The notes below the pieces were generated by a model. That model did no database searches and was not told the DNA's origin. It was given only the letters and a program-made list of their open reading frames with translations. A DNA stretch of 64,000 nucleotides from Lama glama (Eukaryota). A program made the translations under genes and the position numbers. Within the stretch, counting starts at the first letter, position 1; every line of letters starts with the position of its first letter. This document shows, piece after piece, positions 26,201-38,543 of the stretch. Location: the NCBI GenBank assembly GCA_028534125.1, contig CM052818.1:12588001-12652000 (forward strand), read 5' to 3'.

Positions 26201-27004
26201 TCGGTAGTGTCAGCATGACAAGGACAGAGAAGGTTAATAATCATCTATGATTTTTATGCAAAGAGACAGCTATCCAGAGCAATTACACTGTTTTGAGGCA
26301 GTCTGCTCTTGAGCAGCTTTAGCTATATTTCCCGACATAAACATTCTGTCTGCCACACTGTGTTCAATAATACGTTAAAAATCATTAATTCCAGTGATTA
26401 AGATATTACCTCTACCTCAAAATCTTCAAATTGATATGTCAGTAAACAGAAGGCAGAAAAAGAAAAACATTTCTATCGTTTAAGCAGATAACTGATTTTT
26501 AAAATGTATTATTTGATATTTAAGAACATAAAGCAGCGGATGGCTATCTGAAAACCTTGGTTTGTCCTCTTTCCAAAATATTTTCTGCTGGTATGCTTTC
26601 TTAGCTAGGTTTAGTTTTTTTCCTGCTTTTCCCCCCGCTACATACTCAAAGCTGAAAGTAACTATGGCCATGATTCCAGTGAATCATTATTTTTAAGTCA
26701 GACTGAGCACTGATGGTAGTGAAGAGGAAATAAAAATTGGATAATATTCCTTCAGGCTTGATACTTCTTGAGTTTCCTTTTCCACTCAAGTGAGCTAAAT
26801 TGGCAGGTGGGAAGAGATCCATTTGAAACATTTTATAAAATAAAAGCATTTCTGAGAGATTTAACTATTTAGAAATACTGGGTGCTAAAGGGAATCATCT
26901 TTCAGTCTTGTTTACTGAGGACTTAGTTCATGTGTTATGATATAAGCCTATAAAAGATAGTTATTAAAGAAGCTCTCTAAGACTTTACAGTCTAGGAGCA
27001 GGTA

Positions 27005-27180
27005 GTCAGCACTGATGGAGTACTTTCTGTATGGCGGGCACTAATTTAAGTACTTTACAAACATCAATGTATTTCACCATTGTAACAACTCTAAGATGCA
27101 AGAATTATTAGTCATATTTTAGAGATAAGGACAAAGACATGGATAGTTTGAGTCACTTGCTCAAGGTCACCAACTATGTT
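27005..27180 (-). mobile_element. MIR SINE
   Basis: 'catattttagagataaggacaaagacatggatagtttgagtcacttgctcaaggtcac'. Confidence 0.75.
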
Positions 27181-27580
27181 AACAGTTAGCTAACCAATGA
27201 GGTTACTGCAGGAGTTTGAGAGAGCTAAAATAGATGGCATCATTTTTCACCCTTCTGAATTGGAAACAAAGTGAGAAACAGATACTGGAGTCAAATGGAT
27301 ATGTACGAAAAATCAACTTGTTACTTACAATGCCTGTGTTGAAGAACATGGCATTAAGTCTGTTAGTCAAATAGTGTCGATAATATTTTAACACTAAATT
27401 GGACATACTTATCTAATCACTGTCCCTGGCAGGATTTAAAAATCAACGATTTCCAGGGTCATCTGCCTGAAAAATGAATTTCATTAAAAGAGCAGAACAG
27501 AACATATGTTCTCTGCAGGAAGGCAGATCACAAAGAGGTAAAAAGAACAGAGAGAAGGGACAGACACGATACAATCTTCC

Positions 27581-28052
27581 TGAATTAGCTTCTTATTTCT
27601 GTAAAGATCATCACAAACTTATTAGCTGAATACATCATCCCCTATTTGTTATCTTATAGTTCTGGAGTTCAGAGGTCCTAGAATCCAGGTGTTGGCAAGC
27701 TACGTTCCTTGTGAAGGTTCTAGGGACAACACACGTCCCTGCCTTTTCCAGCTTCTGCGAGCCAGCTGCATGCCTTCGCTTGTGGCCCCTTTCCTTCAGC
27801 TTCAAAAGTTCACCATTCCATCCTCTGCCTCTCTCATCACATTGTCTGCTCCCTCTTTGACACCTCTTGGTTGCCTTTTATGAGGACCCTGTGATTACTC
27901 TGATCTCTTGGATAATCCAGGATAATCTTCCCATCTCAAGATCCTTAAAATAATCATATCTGAAAAGTGTCTTTTGACATATAAGGGAACATACTCACGA
28001 GTTCCAGGGCTTAGAACGTGGACGTATTTGAAGGGCATTGTCATGTCTAACA
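27581..28052 (-). mobile_element. MaLR solo LTR (MLT1D-like)
   Basis: 'ggataatccaggataatcttcccatctcaagatcctt', 'cttatagttctggagttcagaggtcc'; TG...CA ends. Confidence 0.85.
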
Positions 28053-28329
28053 TATATCCTCAAACTCACCACTGGGAAGGAGTGAATAAAAGAGAAAAAG
28101 GGTAAAAACTGTTAATCTACTGTGGCTCTTTTCAAATGGTATCATTATATTAGAGGAAAGAGATCACCTCCCTAGTCAATATTTTGCAGTGTGTGGTTTC
28201 TTTTTCAGTCCTAATTAAAGCTAGTATTGTTTCTCTCAGAACAGGAAATCATGAAGAACCTCTACTCTATTAACCCACTTTCCCACTACCAGTTAAGCTG
28301 CTTTATGCATCTGTTTGGGACCACTAACA

Positions 28330-28525
28330 TGTATTCCATTATTGGAAGTGGGGTTTTGAAGTTTTCAAGTATTATCATTGAATTGTGTATTCCATGTTTT
28401 ATTTCCGTAAGTTTTTGCTTCACATTTTTGGCTTCTGTTAGGTGTACATGTGCTCATGATAGCTATACTTTCATGATGGTTTGACTCTTTTCACATTATG
28501 TAATGTCTTGTTTGTTTCTAGTAAC
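28330..28525 (-). mobile_element. L1 ORF2 (endonuclease-region) fragment
   Basis: 'attggaagtggggttttgaagttttcaagtattatcattgaattgtgtatt...gtttttgcttcaca'. Confidence 0.65.
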
Positions 28526-30018
28526 AATAGTTACAATTCTCTGAATGCTTACTATGTTCCAGGCACAGTTCTAAGCAAGTGTCATTTATGGTTCATGTAC
28601 AAGTGCATCATACTGAGACTATAAAATCAATTCTATTTTTTTATTTTGGTTTCTTATTGAAAAATAATTTTCAGTGGCATTTTTATTATTTGAGCTATCA
28701 AGGATGGTATTAAATATTTCTTGGTCCTGAAGTATGTTTCACTTTGGATTATTTAATTTATTTGTTTACTGATTGTTGAACAATCTGAGGACTATCACAG
28801 ACCCATGTTTGCTGTCAAGTGAAGAACTGGGCTTCCCTTCAGCCTTGGTCACTATTAACCTGTAAATAGGCATTATTCCCAATTCACCTTAGAATATAGA
28901 AAATTTAAGGATAAGATAGATTTCAAAACCAGTGCTATTAAACAGATTTCAACTAGAGTACTTTTGCTTGTTTCAGCAAAGTTCTTTTCTGATAGATTTG
29001 ATCACTAAAAAGTGGCCCAGATCACACAAATCTGGGCCACTACTACATTTCCCATTATGTACTACTATCAACTTTATTTCTCTATTCTTTCCAAACTAGG
29101 AAACTTAAAAAAAAACAAACAAACAGCATTTCATGCCCCCCCCCAAAATATGAGTAACACTATATACCTGTACTTAATTTAACACTTGTGTGTGTTTATG
29201 TGTGTTTGCTGCAATCCAGAGATGAAAACCCACGTAGAGCTTTTGATGGATGTGAAATGGGGAGGTAGAGAAAAGGATATTGTTCTTACTGAACGAAAAC
29301 GAGGGAGAGGGATGGTTTTTCAGTTCTCTTGTCATCGATAATTCTAGGACTCTCAGCTGGGAGACAGAAGGTGAAGGAAGCTCTGAGTTTCCTAGTAAGA
29401 CTGCTTCAATTTTTGCAATTTTGAGTCTACTCAGGAGCAAAACAAGTGTTTCCCACTGCTTCTGATTTTAAATTCTGTAATTCTGTACATCTCCTACCTG
29501 GTGAACTATTTGCTAATACGTTTACTTTTGGTAAACGTCTTTTGCCAGTCTTTTGCAATTTGATATTTTTCTGTCCTTTATAGGTATTTTAATACACAGG
29601 CTTTGTGAAGCATTTTAATCTGTCTCCGCTTTTGATATTCCCAAATTATTAATTTACCGTGCTCAGTTTTACACTGAATTTTAATTACTTTCTTTGATTA
29701 TAAATCCATAAATAATATATAATTTATATAAAGTTAACATAAATTAATTTTATTTTCTACATTTAGAACAGACAGAAAAATTGCATAAATACAGCTGTAA
29801 GTCGTACCTCAGCTCTTTTGGCAACCAAATAAATAATTTTAAATATAGCAGGTCAAATTTATTAGTGAATTATTGCCTGTCTCACCCAGATTAAGAAACT
29901 CTAAATCAGTATTTTTTTAATTTCTCAATATTCTCTACTCTTAAACAAGAATAATTCTTTTCATAGTATTGCAAAATGCAACTCTCAATTATGTATCATT
30001 TTTTTGTGTGTGTTACAG

Positions 30019-30205
30019 AACAAGAAAGCAGCATTTGTCAGCAAACATTCACATGCCTGCTGCTGCCTCTGTCTTCTTTTCAAGAGTAAAATCATCCAGA
30101 GATAATAGACTCCAGGGAGAAAGTCAACACATTATAGAGGAACAACACAATTCCTCTGTGCAAGTTGGCAGCGTGGATTCTACATCCCAGGCTTGTGACG
30201 CTCTG
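30019..30205 (+). other. Candidate exon (187 nt) with an ATG-initiated open frame of 51 codons ending at a phase-0 donor
   Basis: Acceptor 'tttttgtgtgtgttacag|', donor 'CTG|gtgag' (then the gap). ATG at 30053 gives MPAAASVFFSRVKSSRDNRLQGESQHIIEEQHNSSVQVGSVDSTSQACDAL; no recognised homology. Confidence 0.3.
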
Positions 30206-30210
30206 GTGAG

Positions 30211-30310
30211 NNNNNNNNNNNNNNNNNNNNNNNNNNNNNNNNNNNNNNNNNNNNNNNNNNNNNNNNNNNNNNNNNNNNNNNNNNNNNNNNNNNNNNNNNN
30301 NNNNNNNNNN
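30211..30310. other. Assembly gap (100 N), followed by a (GGGA)n/(GGAT)n repeat at 30311-30355
   Basis: Run of n; purine tetranucleotide repeat at the right edge. Confidence 1.
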
Positions 30311-30559
30311 AGGGAGGGAGGGAGGGAGGGAAGAAGGGAGGGAGGATGGATGGATCTGGATTTCAATTCGTAAGCTCTGGATTTGAGTCCCAGATCTTAC
30401 GTTACTAAAGAGGTAAATAACTTAATCATGTGTGAGATCCAGATTCCCTAGTAAAGAAAATACAGATACCACAACATTGTGAAGATGAAAAATGAGGCAC
30501 TCCATAAAACTCCCAGATGATGAGGGAATAAAGACCTAAGACTTGAGCTCCATCATGGG

Positions 30560-31500
30560 TATGGAGATACTGGCAGGGAGAACATGCAAGAGAGAATAAG
30601 AATGTGGGAAATTTACATAGCACCGTGGAAAGAAAGTAGACATTTAAAGTTGTTTGGATTTAAGTTACAAGTAATAGAAATGTAAAATAAATTTGGAAAA
30701 GAACATTGGTCTAGATCACGAGTGTTCTTGCATGCTAGACTAAAGAATGTTGATTTCATTCAACGGAAAATCAGAAATGGAAAGCTATTCTGTATAAAGT
30801 GGGAAGCCAGAGACTGGTATGATAAATAGGGGATCAAAATGACAGAAAAAGAAAACCAGGGAAAAGTTTATGTTTGAGGCAAAGAAAGTTCAGGTTATCT
30901 GAGTGCAAGTGAGAATGGAGGGTTGAGAAAAATATTGAGGCATGTGGAATTCAACTGTGATCATCATTTTCATTTATTAGGTGATGACTCTGTGCCAAGA
31001 ACTCCACATGCATTATTTAGCCTTATCTTCGTGACAAGCCTAAGAGAAGCACTGTGAACCCACTGCAGAGAGAGGTAAGTGAGGCCCAAGAACACGTGGC
31101 TGGGGAGCCAGGGGAGGTGAGATATGAACCCAGGCCGTCTCTCTTCAGAGCTCCTAGCAATTGTGCTCGTCTAGAATCCCGTCACTTACAGAGAGGCATG
31201 AGAAAGGCAGAATTCTGACATGACAGCAGTTTTCCAAACTTAGTAACCGAGACGATGCAAATGATAATCATAGAAAGATGACACAGTCGAATAACGGGAA
31301 ACAAAGTGAGTCTATTTTTGACATTTTGAGTTTCAGTCCTTATGGATTATAAAAGTGGAGACGTCCAGCAAGCAGATGGAACCACAGGATGAACTCAGGA
31401 AAAGGGTGCGGACAGGCACCCTTTAGAGTTTTCTAAAAGGAGGTGATGGAGGATTCCAGGAAAGGGTTTGACAAGAGTGAACAGAGGAAAAGCAGGCCAA
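30560..31500 (-). mobile_element. Decayed L2 interrupted by a MIR (~30960-31160)
   Basis: L2-like 'gtgagtctatttttgacattttgagtttcag...agtggagacgtccagcaagcagatgga'; MIR-like 'cactgcagagagaggtaagtgaggcccaag...atgaacccaggccgtct'. Confidence 0.6.
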
Positions 31501-31839
31501 GGGTGGGTCCTTAGGAAAATCAGAAAGACAATTATAATTTCAGCATGATACATAAGCATAATTTCATATCAGAGAATTTAAAGATGCAGAGTAGCAATTC
31601 TCCCCTGCTTAAAGCAGCAGCCACTCGCTGCAGGGCCCCGTAAGCCTGTAAATCAATTAAACTCAAATCACAAAGTCAAACAGCATCTGTTCCCATCATG
31701 ACATAAAACCTGCTAAAATGAAGAATCTCTGGAAGAAATAAGTTAAATCTTGTGTAAGTTGCTGTTTCCACTGAGCTGTTTTTCTTCACAAGGTTTCATT
31801 TCTACTCAGCTGTTTTTCTTCACCTAGTTTCAATCGCAT

Positions 31840-31950
31840 ACAGGTAGATTTGGGGCTTGGAAGTGTCCTAAGAGATCACCTGGTCTAACATATTTATTTT
31901 ATAAATGAAAAATTTGAGGCTCAGAGAAGTGACCCAGGTCACAAAGCTAG
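31840..31950 (-). mobile_element. MIR3-like fragment
   Basis: 'agagatcacctggtctaac...ttttataaatgaaaaatttgaggctcagagaagtgacccaggtcaca'. Confidence 0.65.
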
Positions 31951-32168
31951 CTTTCCATAAATGGGTTCATTTATATTTAAACTCACTAAATGTTTGGGGA
32001 CCGAGCAGTTTATATCTCATAATGATACTTACCTGAGAATATTATTGACAGGCAGTGTTTTATATAATGTGTAGGCACAAAGTTTACTGAGACTAATTTG
32101 TGTACATTTTTCTTTCCCTTTACTAAAAACGTAGCCATCATTTTGTCTTGTTTGTTATTTTCCCCAAG

Positions 32169-32321
32169 GACATTTGGGTTGCAGGGATGAAAGCAGAGAT
32201 TGCCTACCAACAAACAACTTTCATGTCTTTTAAGAATATTTTGAAGGAAAAGGGAGCAGTATCTTTCAGTGGAGAGAAGAGACACGTGAAATGGGGGGGA
32301 GGGGGAGACAGAAAGGTGATG
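32169..32321 (+). other. Candidate exon (153 nt, phase 0-0, open frame)
   Basis: Acceptor 'tgtttgttatttccccaag|', donor 'ATG|gtgaga'. Peptide DIWVAGMKAEIAYQQTTFMSFKNILKEKGAVSFSGEKRHVKWGGGGDRKVM; no recognised homology. Confidence 0.2.
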
Positions 32322-33217
32322 GTGAGACAGACAGGCAGGTAGGCGCCTAAGGGTTGAGAGCACTTGTTCCCTACTCTCCTGACGATCCCGACTGAGTCTC
32401 TGCCCAGTAAGAAATGATTACTATTTTGCAATTTTTCATTTGACCAAAGTCCCTCTCTGCTGTTGTTTGTGGGCTCTCTAGACACCCTGCTTTCTACACC
32501 TGTTATCCCATAATCTAGGAATAGAAGTTACCTTGCCAGTTCTCATTTTTTCTTCAAAAGGATTCTCTACAGACTGAATAGTATTCATCAGAAACACCAC
32601 GGAGTCTGAAAAACATATGTTCAGATCACTATTCCTTTTGGTTTTGATGCAATGCTTATTTTATTTTAAATAATTTAAATTTTAATCATCTTTTATGAAA
32701 TTTATTATTACCATTAATACTCTTCCCCAATATTCAGGGAAATTGATATTTTAGGAAAGTGAGCCATGTTCTGTGGCAACAAATATCCACACCCAGAATG
32801 ACAGGTGCCTCTGTTCACGAAGTACAGAAAAGCAATCCAAGATACAAGTCATTTCTTGTAAGGTGTCAAAGCGGTGATGTAAGCAACTTTCTTAGAGTTA
32901 AGCAAGCAGTACTAATAGGTATAAATAGTAACTGAGTAGAAATTCAGAAGAGAAAGATAATACTTGTGAGAGAGTCTACAAAGAAAAGTTTGCAGAGATG
33001 ATGGGGCCAAACTACGTGTGAAGATTAATATTTTTAACAATGGACATTCAGAAATTCTGAGTTTATCTTGGCACACTGAAGGGGGATTAACTTTTGTGAG
33101 AATGGGTAGAATAAATGAGTAATTGAGGTCAATCTGAATTATACTTGAACACAATTTCTTCTTGGGAATTACAGGTAGGGCAGAGAATTTGAGAATCATT
33201 ATATACTATATAATGGA

Positions 33218-33382
33218 CATGGTTCTTAACATTGGGTGCAATTGGGAGTCTTTAAAAAAAATACAGATCCTTGGGCCTTGACTCTAAACCAGTTAAACCA
33301 GAGCCTCTAGTGATGGGATCCAAAATGGGTATTTTTAAAACTCTGTACATCTTTCTCATGTGTAGCCAGGTCAAACACTACT
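33218..33382. mobile_element. MER5A-like hAT MITE
   Basis: 'tggttcttaacattgggtgca...aaaatacagatccttgggcc...ccagagcctct...tatttttaaaactc...tgtagccagg'. Confidence 0.7.
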
Positions 33383-33415
33383 CATCTTGAAATTCTGAAT
33401 GGGGGATGGGAGCAG

Positions 33416-33598
33416 GGTCATAGGCAAAATAATGGACTCCAAAGATGCTCATAAACTATAATCTCCAGAGCCTATGAATGTGTGACTTTACATGGCAATT
33501 GGGACGTCAGAAGTAGTAAAGTGAACGGTTTTGAGATGGGAAGATTATCCTGGATTATTTGGTGAGCACAAAATAATCCAAGGGTCCTTTTAAAAGTG
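33416..33598 (+). mobile_element. MLT1D-like LTR, 5' portion only
   Basis: 'taggcaaaataatggactccaaagatg...tttgagatgggaagattatcctggattat...agggtcctttt'; the match stops at ~33598. Confidence 0.8.
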
Positions 33599-33641
33599 AT
33601 TACTTGTGAAAAATTTTAAATAAATCTATATATGTATATAA

Positions 33642-34418
33642 CAAGAATGAACCAGGAAGAAACAGAAAATATGAACAGACAAATTACCAGTAATGAATTG
33701 AATCAGTAATAATAATAATTTAAAAACTCCCAACAAACAAAAGCCCAGCCCTAGACGGCTTCACAGGTGAATTCTACCGAACGTTTAACAAAGAATTGAC
33801 ACCCATCCTTCTCAGGTTATTCCAAAAAATTGTAGAGGAAGGAATATTTCCAAACTCAATTTATGAAGCCAGGATCACCCTCATACCAAAACCAGAAAAA
33901 GACACCACAAAAAAAATAAATTACAGACCAGTATCATTGATGAACATAGATGTAAAAATCCTCAACAAAATATTAGTGAGCCAAATTCAACATTAAAAGG
34001 ATCATACACCATGATCAAGTGGGATTTATCCCAGAGAAATGGGGCTGGTTCAGTATTCATAAATCAGTCATTGTGATACATCACATTAACAAATTGAAGA
34101 ATAAAAATATATGATCATCTTAATAGATGCAGAAAAAGCACTTGACAAAAATTCAACATCCATTCATGATAAAACTCTCATCTAAGTGGGTACAGAGGGA
34201 ACATAGTTCAACATAATAAAGGCATTTACCACAAACTTACATGTAACATCACACTCAATGGTGAAAAGCTGAAAGCCTTTCCTCTAAAATCAGGAATAAG
34301 ACAAGAATACCCACCCTCACTACTTCTATTTAACACAGTATTGGATTGCCTAGCCACAGCAATCAGACAACAAAAAGAAATAAAAGGACTCCAAATTAGA
34401 GAGGAATAGGAAACTCTC
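33642..34418 (+). mobile_element. L1 ORF2 internal fragment (reverse-transcriptase N-terminal region), truncated at both ends
   Basis: ORF 33796-33996 '[43 protein letters not shown]' is classic L1 ORF2p; no 3' UTR or poly(A). Confidence 0.92.
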
Positions 34419-35544
34419 CAGAGGTATCAAGGAAATGATCTTGGAATATTTTCACTACCCAAGTATCTATTTCTCAAACAGTTGAAATACGGCACAGAAA
34501 AAAGATTTCATTTTGGATAGGGAATGAGAATGGTAAGTTTGAAGGCTGAGAAAAATCTCTGGAATGTATATTTAAGTTATTTTCATGTAATGCAAACAGC
34601 TGTTTGGAAGAAGAGTGTAGCTGACTGATCATTCCCACTTCGTGTGCTTTTTAGTCATTTTCTTTGCTGCATTAGGGGTTGTTTAACTCATTGTGAAAGG
34701 CTGTGAGGTAAGAAAACTTTCCCATGATGGAAAACAAACATCCCTCCTCACCCTGCAAGCAGCAGGTTTCAGCAAACTGTGTTCATGATTAATAATCCTT
34801 CTTTGACTTGAAAGGGAAGCTAGTTCTCACATAGTACCGACACACGTTCCAGATCTAGCACTGGAAGGACTGCTGAAGAAATGAAGGGTAGATGGCTTTT
34901 GTGTCACGAGACAATCAGAGATGTAGGGGGAAAAAAAAAACTAAGGAGAAAAGGCAGATAAGATACAGAATCTCAAGGTCTACTAGTCAAGCTATTGATC
35001 CAAAAGGTGGGGCTGTTACCTAGGAAATAGTGTATATTTGCTTGTAGAAGGACCATATCTAGGTATCTAGGAGGTGGCTGAGTAACCATCATTAAAGAAC
35101 CAAGATTCACTTCATCTGAATTAAAACACCATGGAGATTTGAGTCCTCTGGACTTAAAAAAAGAAAGGAAGAAAGGAAAAAAAGATAATTTGGTCGTCTT
35201 ATGCACAAGGTCTTCAGAAGTACCTAAATGTTTGGGTTTTCTAATAAACCGTTAGTCTTTATGTGAGTGCACACTTTGAACTAACTGCTTCTAAAGACCT
35301 TTAAAATGTTCTCAAGTGTGGCAGCAGTGCTACACTAGAGGGTTTTGAACATGAATCGAGATTTTAAAAATACCTTTAGTAGGGGTCAGACACAGCCTGC
35401 AAGACATAGGTATATAGATATGATTATTGGTATAGGTATTTATGTAACTACATCCAGATCTGGATATGTATTTATATGAAAATATATAATATAAATGAAT
35501 TTATATTAAAATTAATATAAATTAAAATTTTTATTAAAAGTTGG

Positions 35545-38543
35545 ATGCAGATGGCATGGTATTTCTCCAGAATCCTTAGTTTATATTGTTTATGTTGGGA
35601 AATGCTATAAACTCCACATGATATCTCTTTCTACCACAGATACTACTTATGCTTAGAATCCACTTTGTCCTATGGGTCCCATTCAAAGTTGGAAGCTTTT
35701 CATGTCACCAGGTATATATATATGATTTAGCCACAGAATATGCTAACAGGTGTAGAATAATGCTGCCTCCATAACCTAACTAAACCTATAAACCTATCAG
35801 GGATTGAACTTCTTTGTGTTGGGGTGTGAGATGAAATGATCTGTCCCATACTTGAGAAGCAATGTTCCAACATGCTCCAGACCACCAGTCCCCTACAAAT
35901 CCACTGATAGCAAACCCATGAGTCATCACAGGGCTTATCTCCCACCTTCTGGATCACACGTGTCTTACCGAGCCTTCCTTTCTTCTTGCCACTTCCTGCT
36001 TATATAGGTTTATCCGCATGATGTCATCAACATAGTGAACTGCTTTGATGTTCTATAGGACGAACACACGGTCTGGATTTCCTCAGACCATATTATAACA
36101 GAGGATGGGCGAGTTAGCAATGCTCTGCTCCAAAACCAAAAATGAATACTGCTATCCATTCCAAATGAATATTAACTGTTTCTGTTCTTCCTTTCTGATA
36201 GAGATGGAAAAGAACATGTTTGGGAGATAAGTGGCTAAATACCATCTATATGAGATGATAACAATCTTCTCTAGCCAAGATATCATGTCCTCCGCAGTAG
36301 GTTTAACGGGGGCCACTTCTTGGTTGAGTTGTAATAGTCTCTAATAATTTCCAGGCTCTGTCTGGTTTTTGGGACCAGCCTGCTGAACTAAATACAGATA
36401 TTAAGAAGATGCAGGCTCTGCTTCCTTCATATCTTTAAGGTGGTACCTATCTCTGCCATTTCACCTGGAATATTGTCACCATCTTCTCTGAGTTGGTGAC
36501 AGGGGTGTGTGTCGGAGGCTTCCATTTTGCCTTTGCCACCATAATAGATTATATCTTATAGGCCAAGGAACTAATAGAAGAATTGTGCTAATTGTCAAGA
36601 ATGTTTACCAACATTACAAATTTGGCAGTTAAGGACAGGACCACAGGTGAGTCTTGGAACCAGTGGACACATTTTAAGCTGACTTATCCTAGGACATAAT
36701 TTATTACCTGGCATCTGTGTGTTCTCACCCTCACAGGGAGACTATGAAGATGATTTGTGGTCTTGAGTGTTAATATCTTCTTTAGCTGTTGTGTGCAGCA
36801 ATCCTCAGAACGTTTGGGTAGTCCTTTTCCCCCATAGTATGGTTATTCAAGTAAATGGCTGGAGGTCTCTTTGGCAAAAGATAAGGTAATCATTACAGCT
36901 GGAGTGCTGCTGGATACTGCCTCTTGGGGATCAAGTCTGTCCTTCATTCAGTGAGTTCAGAGCTGGAAAACTGGCTCACATGTAGATATTGAATAAGAGA
37001 TTGAGACATTTTGTTGAAATGGCTGCCTTAAGTTACCTCCCTTGATCATCCTTCCTTGATGTATTGTTGTTATTGTTGTTGAAGAGATTGAACAACACCC
37101 TCAGTGGGTGCACATCTATCTTGATCCCAAGAAAACTCTGTTATATTAGCCTTATCTATGGTTCTCTGCTTGCCATGCTCTTCTGTTGTCATCCCAACCT
37201 TGCTATCCATGAGAATCAGTGAGCCTACCTTACTTTAAACTGTTAAGAATCATCACCTGGACCTCATTATTTTGGGAACGTTCAATCCCCATTCCTATCA
37301 ATGGGACCATTTCTCAACATCTTCCTCCCATGAATCCTAGCTTACATTTAGACTGTAGGCTCTAAGACTGTTCTCTCTAATGGGCATATTTTTATTACTT
37401 TGTTAGATATAGTATCTTCCTGGCCCTCCTGAAGAACATATTCTTCTGTTAGTTTCTTCAACCTTCCATCATATATCCACTCTTGTATGCCCCTTTCTCT
37501 GAACCATTTCCTCTTTGACTGTCATTTGCCATAGCAATCCTTTCATTTATTCTGGGCCACCATTTTCTTCAAGCATCTGGGAGATATCCTAGAAAATAAT
37601 AACACCATTTCCTTCAGTCTTTCTGAGAATGTTTTTCCAGAATATTTTCCAAAAACAATTCCCCTGCATCAATAAACTCTACATTATGTAATTGTATATT
37701 CTCTCTGAACTTAGTTCTATAATATTCTCCCAGTTCCTTTCCAAGGATGGTTGGTTTCTTCCTGCAGATTCTTGTGATGTAAGAGAGTCCCTTTCTCCCT
37801 TTGCAAGCCTGTCACTTCCGTGGCCAGATTATGGTGTGAAATAACTCTAGTATTGAACTATTTTCTAAAAGGAAAAGGAAATTCAGATTCTGAGGAGACC
37901 ACATGGTGTCTTAGGAGAGGTTCTCTTTAAGACAAATGGGAACACTAACTTCTAACAAATAGCAGTGAGTAAGTTCTTGGGATCCAAAGAGTTCAAAGGA
38001 ATCTGGGGAATCAAGATTTTCAAGGACATGAACCCAGAAGATACTATATCTCAGGATCCTGTTTTTTTCCAGTCAGGGCTCTAAACTTGGCATATCAGAT
38101 TTGTCTAGGTTTAACCTTCCCTTGAGCTGGGCTACTTTTCCCCCCGTTTTTCCCTTGTCCTGGTCCCGAGCGTAGTATCTGGGAAGGAGGGCCGTTATAT
38201 GGTGACAAGGAGCCCCTCTAGCTTTTATAGTTAGATTCTAATTGACAAGTAATCACCCCCAGACCTTCATTTACTTTCTCCAGAGCATCATAACCCTCAG
38301 CAATAGTCATCAAACCCCACTATCCTTATACTACTATGTCTCCCATGTTTCTCAAACATTTGCTCTATTGCACCTGCTGGTACATTTCCATCAGTCAGTT
38401 TAGTCTCCAGTTCACCACCAATAGAATTTTTAACAATTTCACTTATACAGAAGCTATCCAAGTTCCACCTACCCCAGATGATTTGGATCCTCACCATGGG
38501 CTGGTAGCAAATGATCCAGTCCTTCTTCTTTACTAGACACAGA
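35545..38543 (-). mobile_element. ERVL-class proviral internal region (ERV3-16A3-like gag-pro-pol), decayed and 3'-truncated
   Basis: Gag-like N-terminal peptide in ORF 38297-38497 ('GNVPAGAIEQMFEKHG'), RT domain at 35930-36328, and an adjacent LTR16C-like 5' LTR. Confidence 0.85.
35930..36328 (-). pseudogene. ERVL reverse transcriptase remnant, 133 codons in one frame with 4 stops; YVDD at 36023-36034
   Basis: Manual translation: LNQEVAPVKPTAEDMISWLEKIVIISYRWYLATYLPNMFFSISIRKEEQKQLIFIWNG*QYSFLVLEQSIANSPILCYNMV*GNPDRVFVL*NIKAVHYVDDIMRINLYKQEVARRKEGSVRHV*SRRWEISP, collinear with ERVL Pol RT. Confidence 0.9.

Noticed and set aside
26669..26706. ATGA...CTGA resembling a C/D-box snoRNA
   Set aside because: The C box does not match RUGAUGA, the span is too short, and there is no terminal stem.
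29969..30373. 134-aa and 80-aa ORFs spanning the second gap
   Set aside because: They include the 100-N gap and a GGGA repeat; only the pre-gap exon-like part was kept as a candidate.
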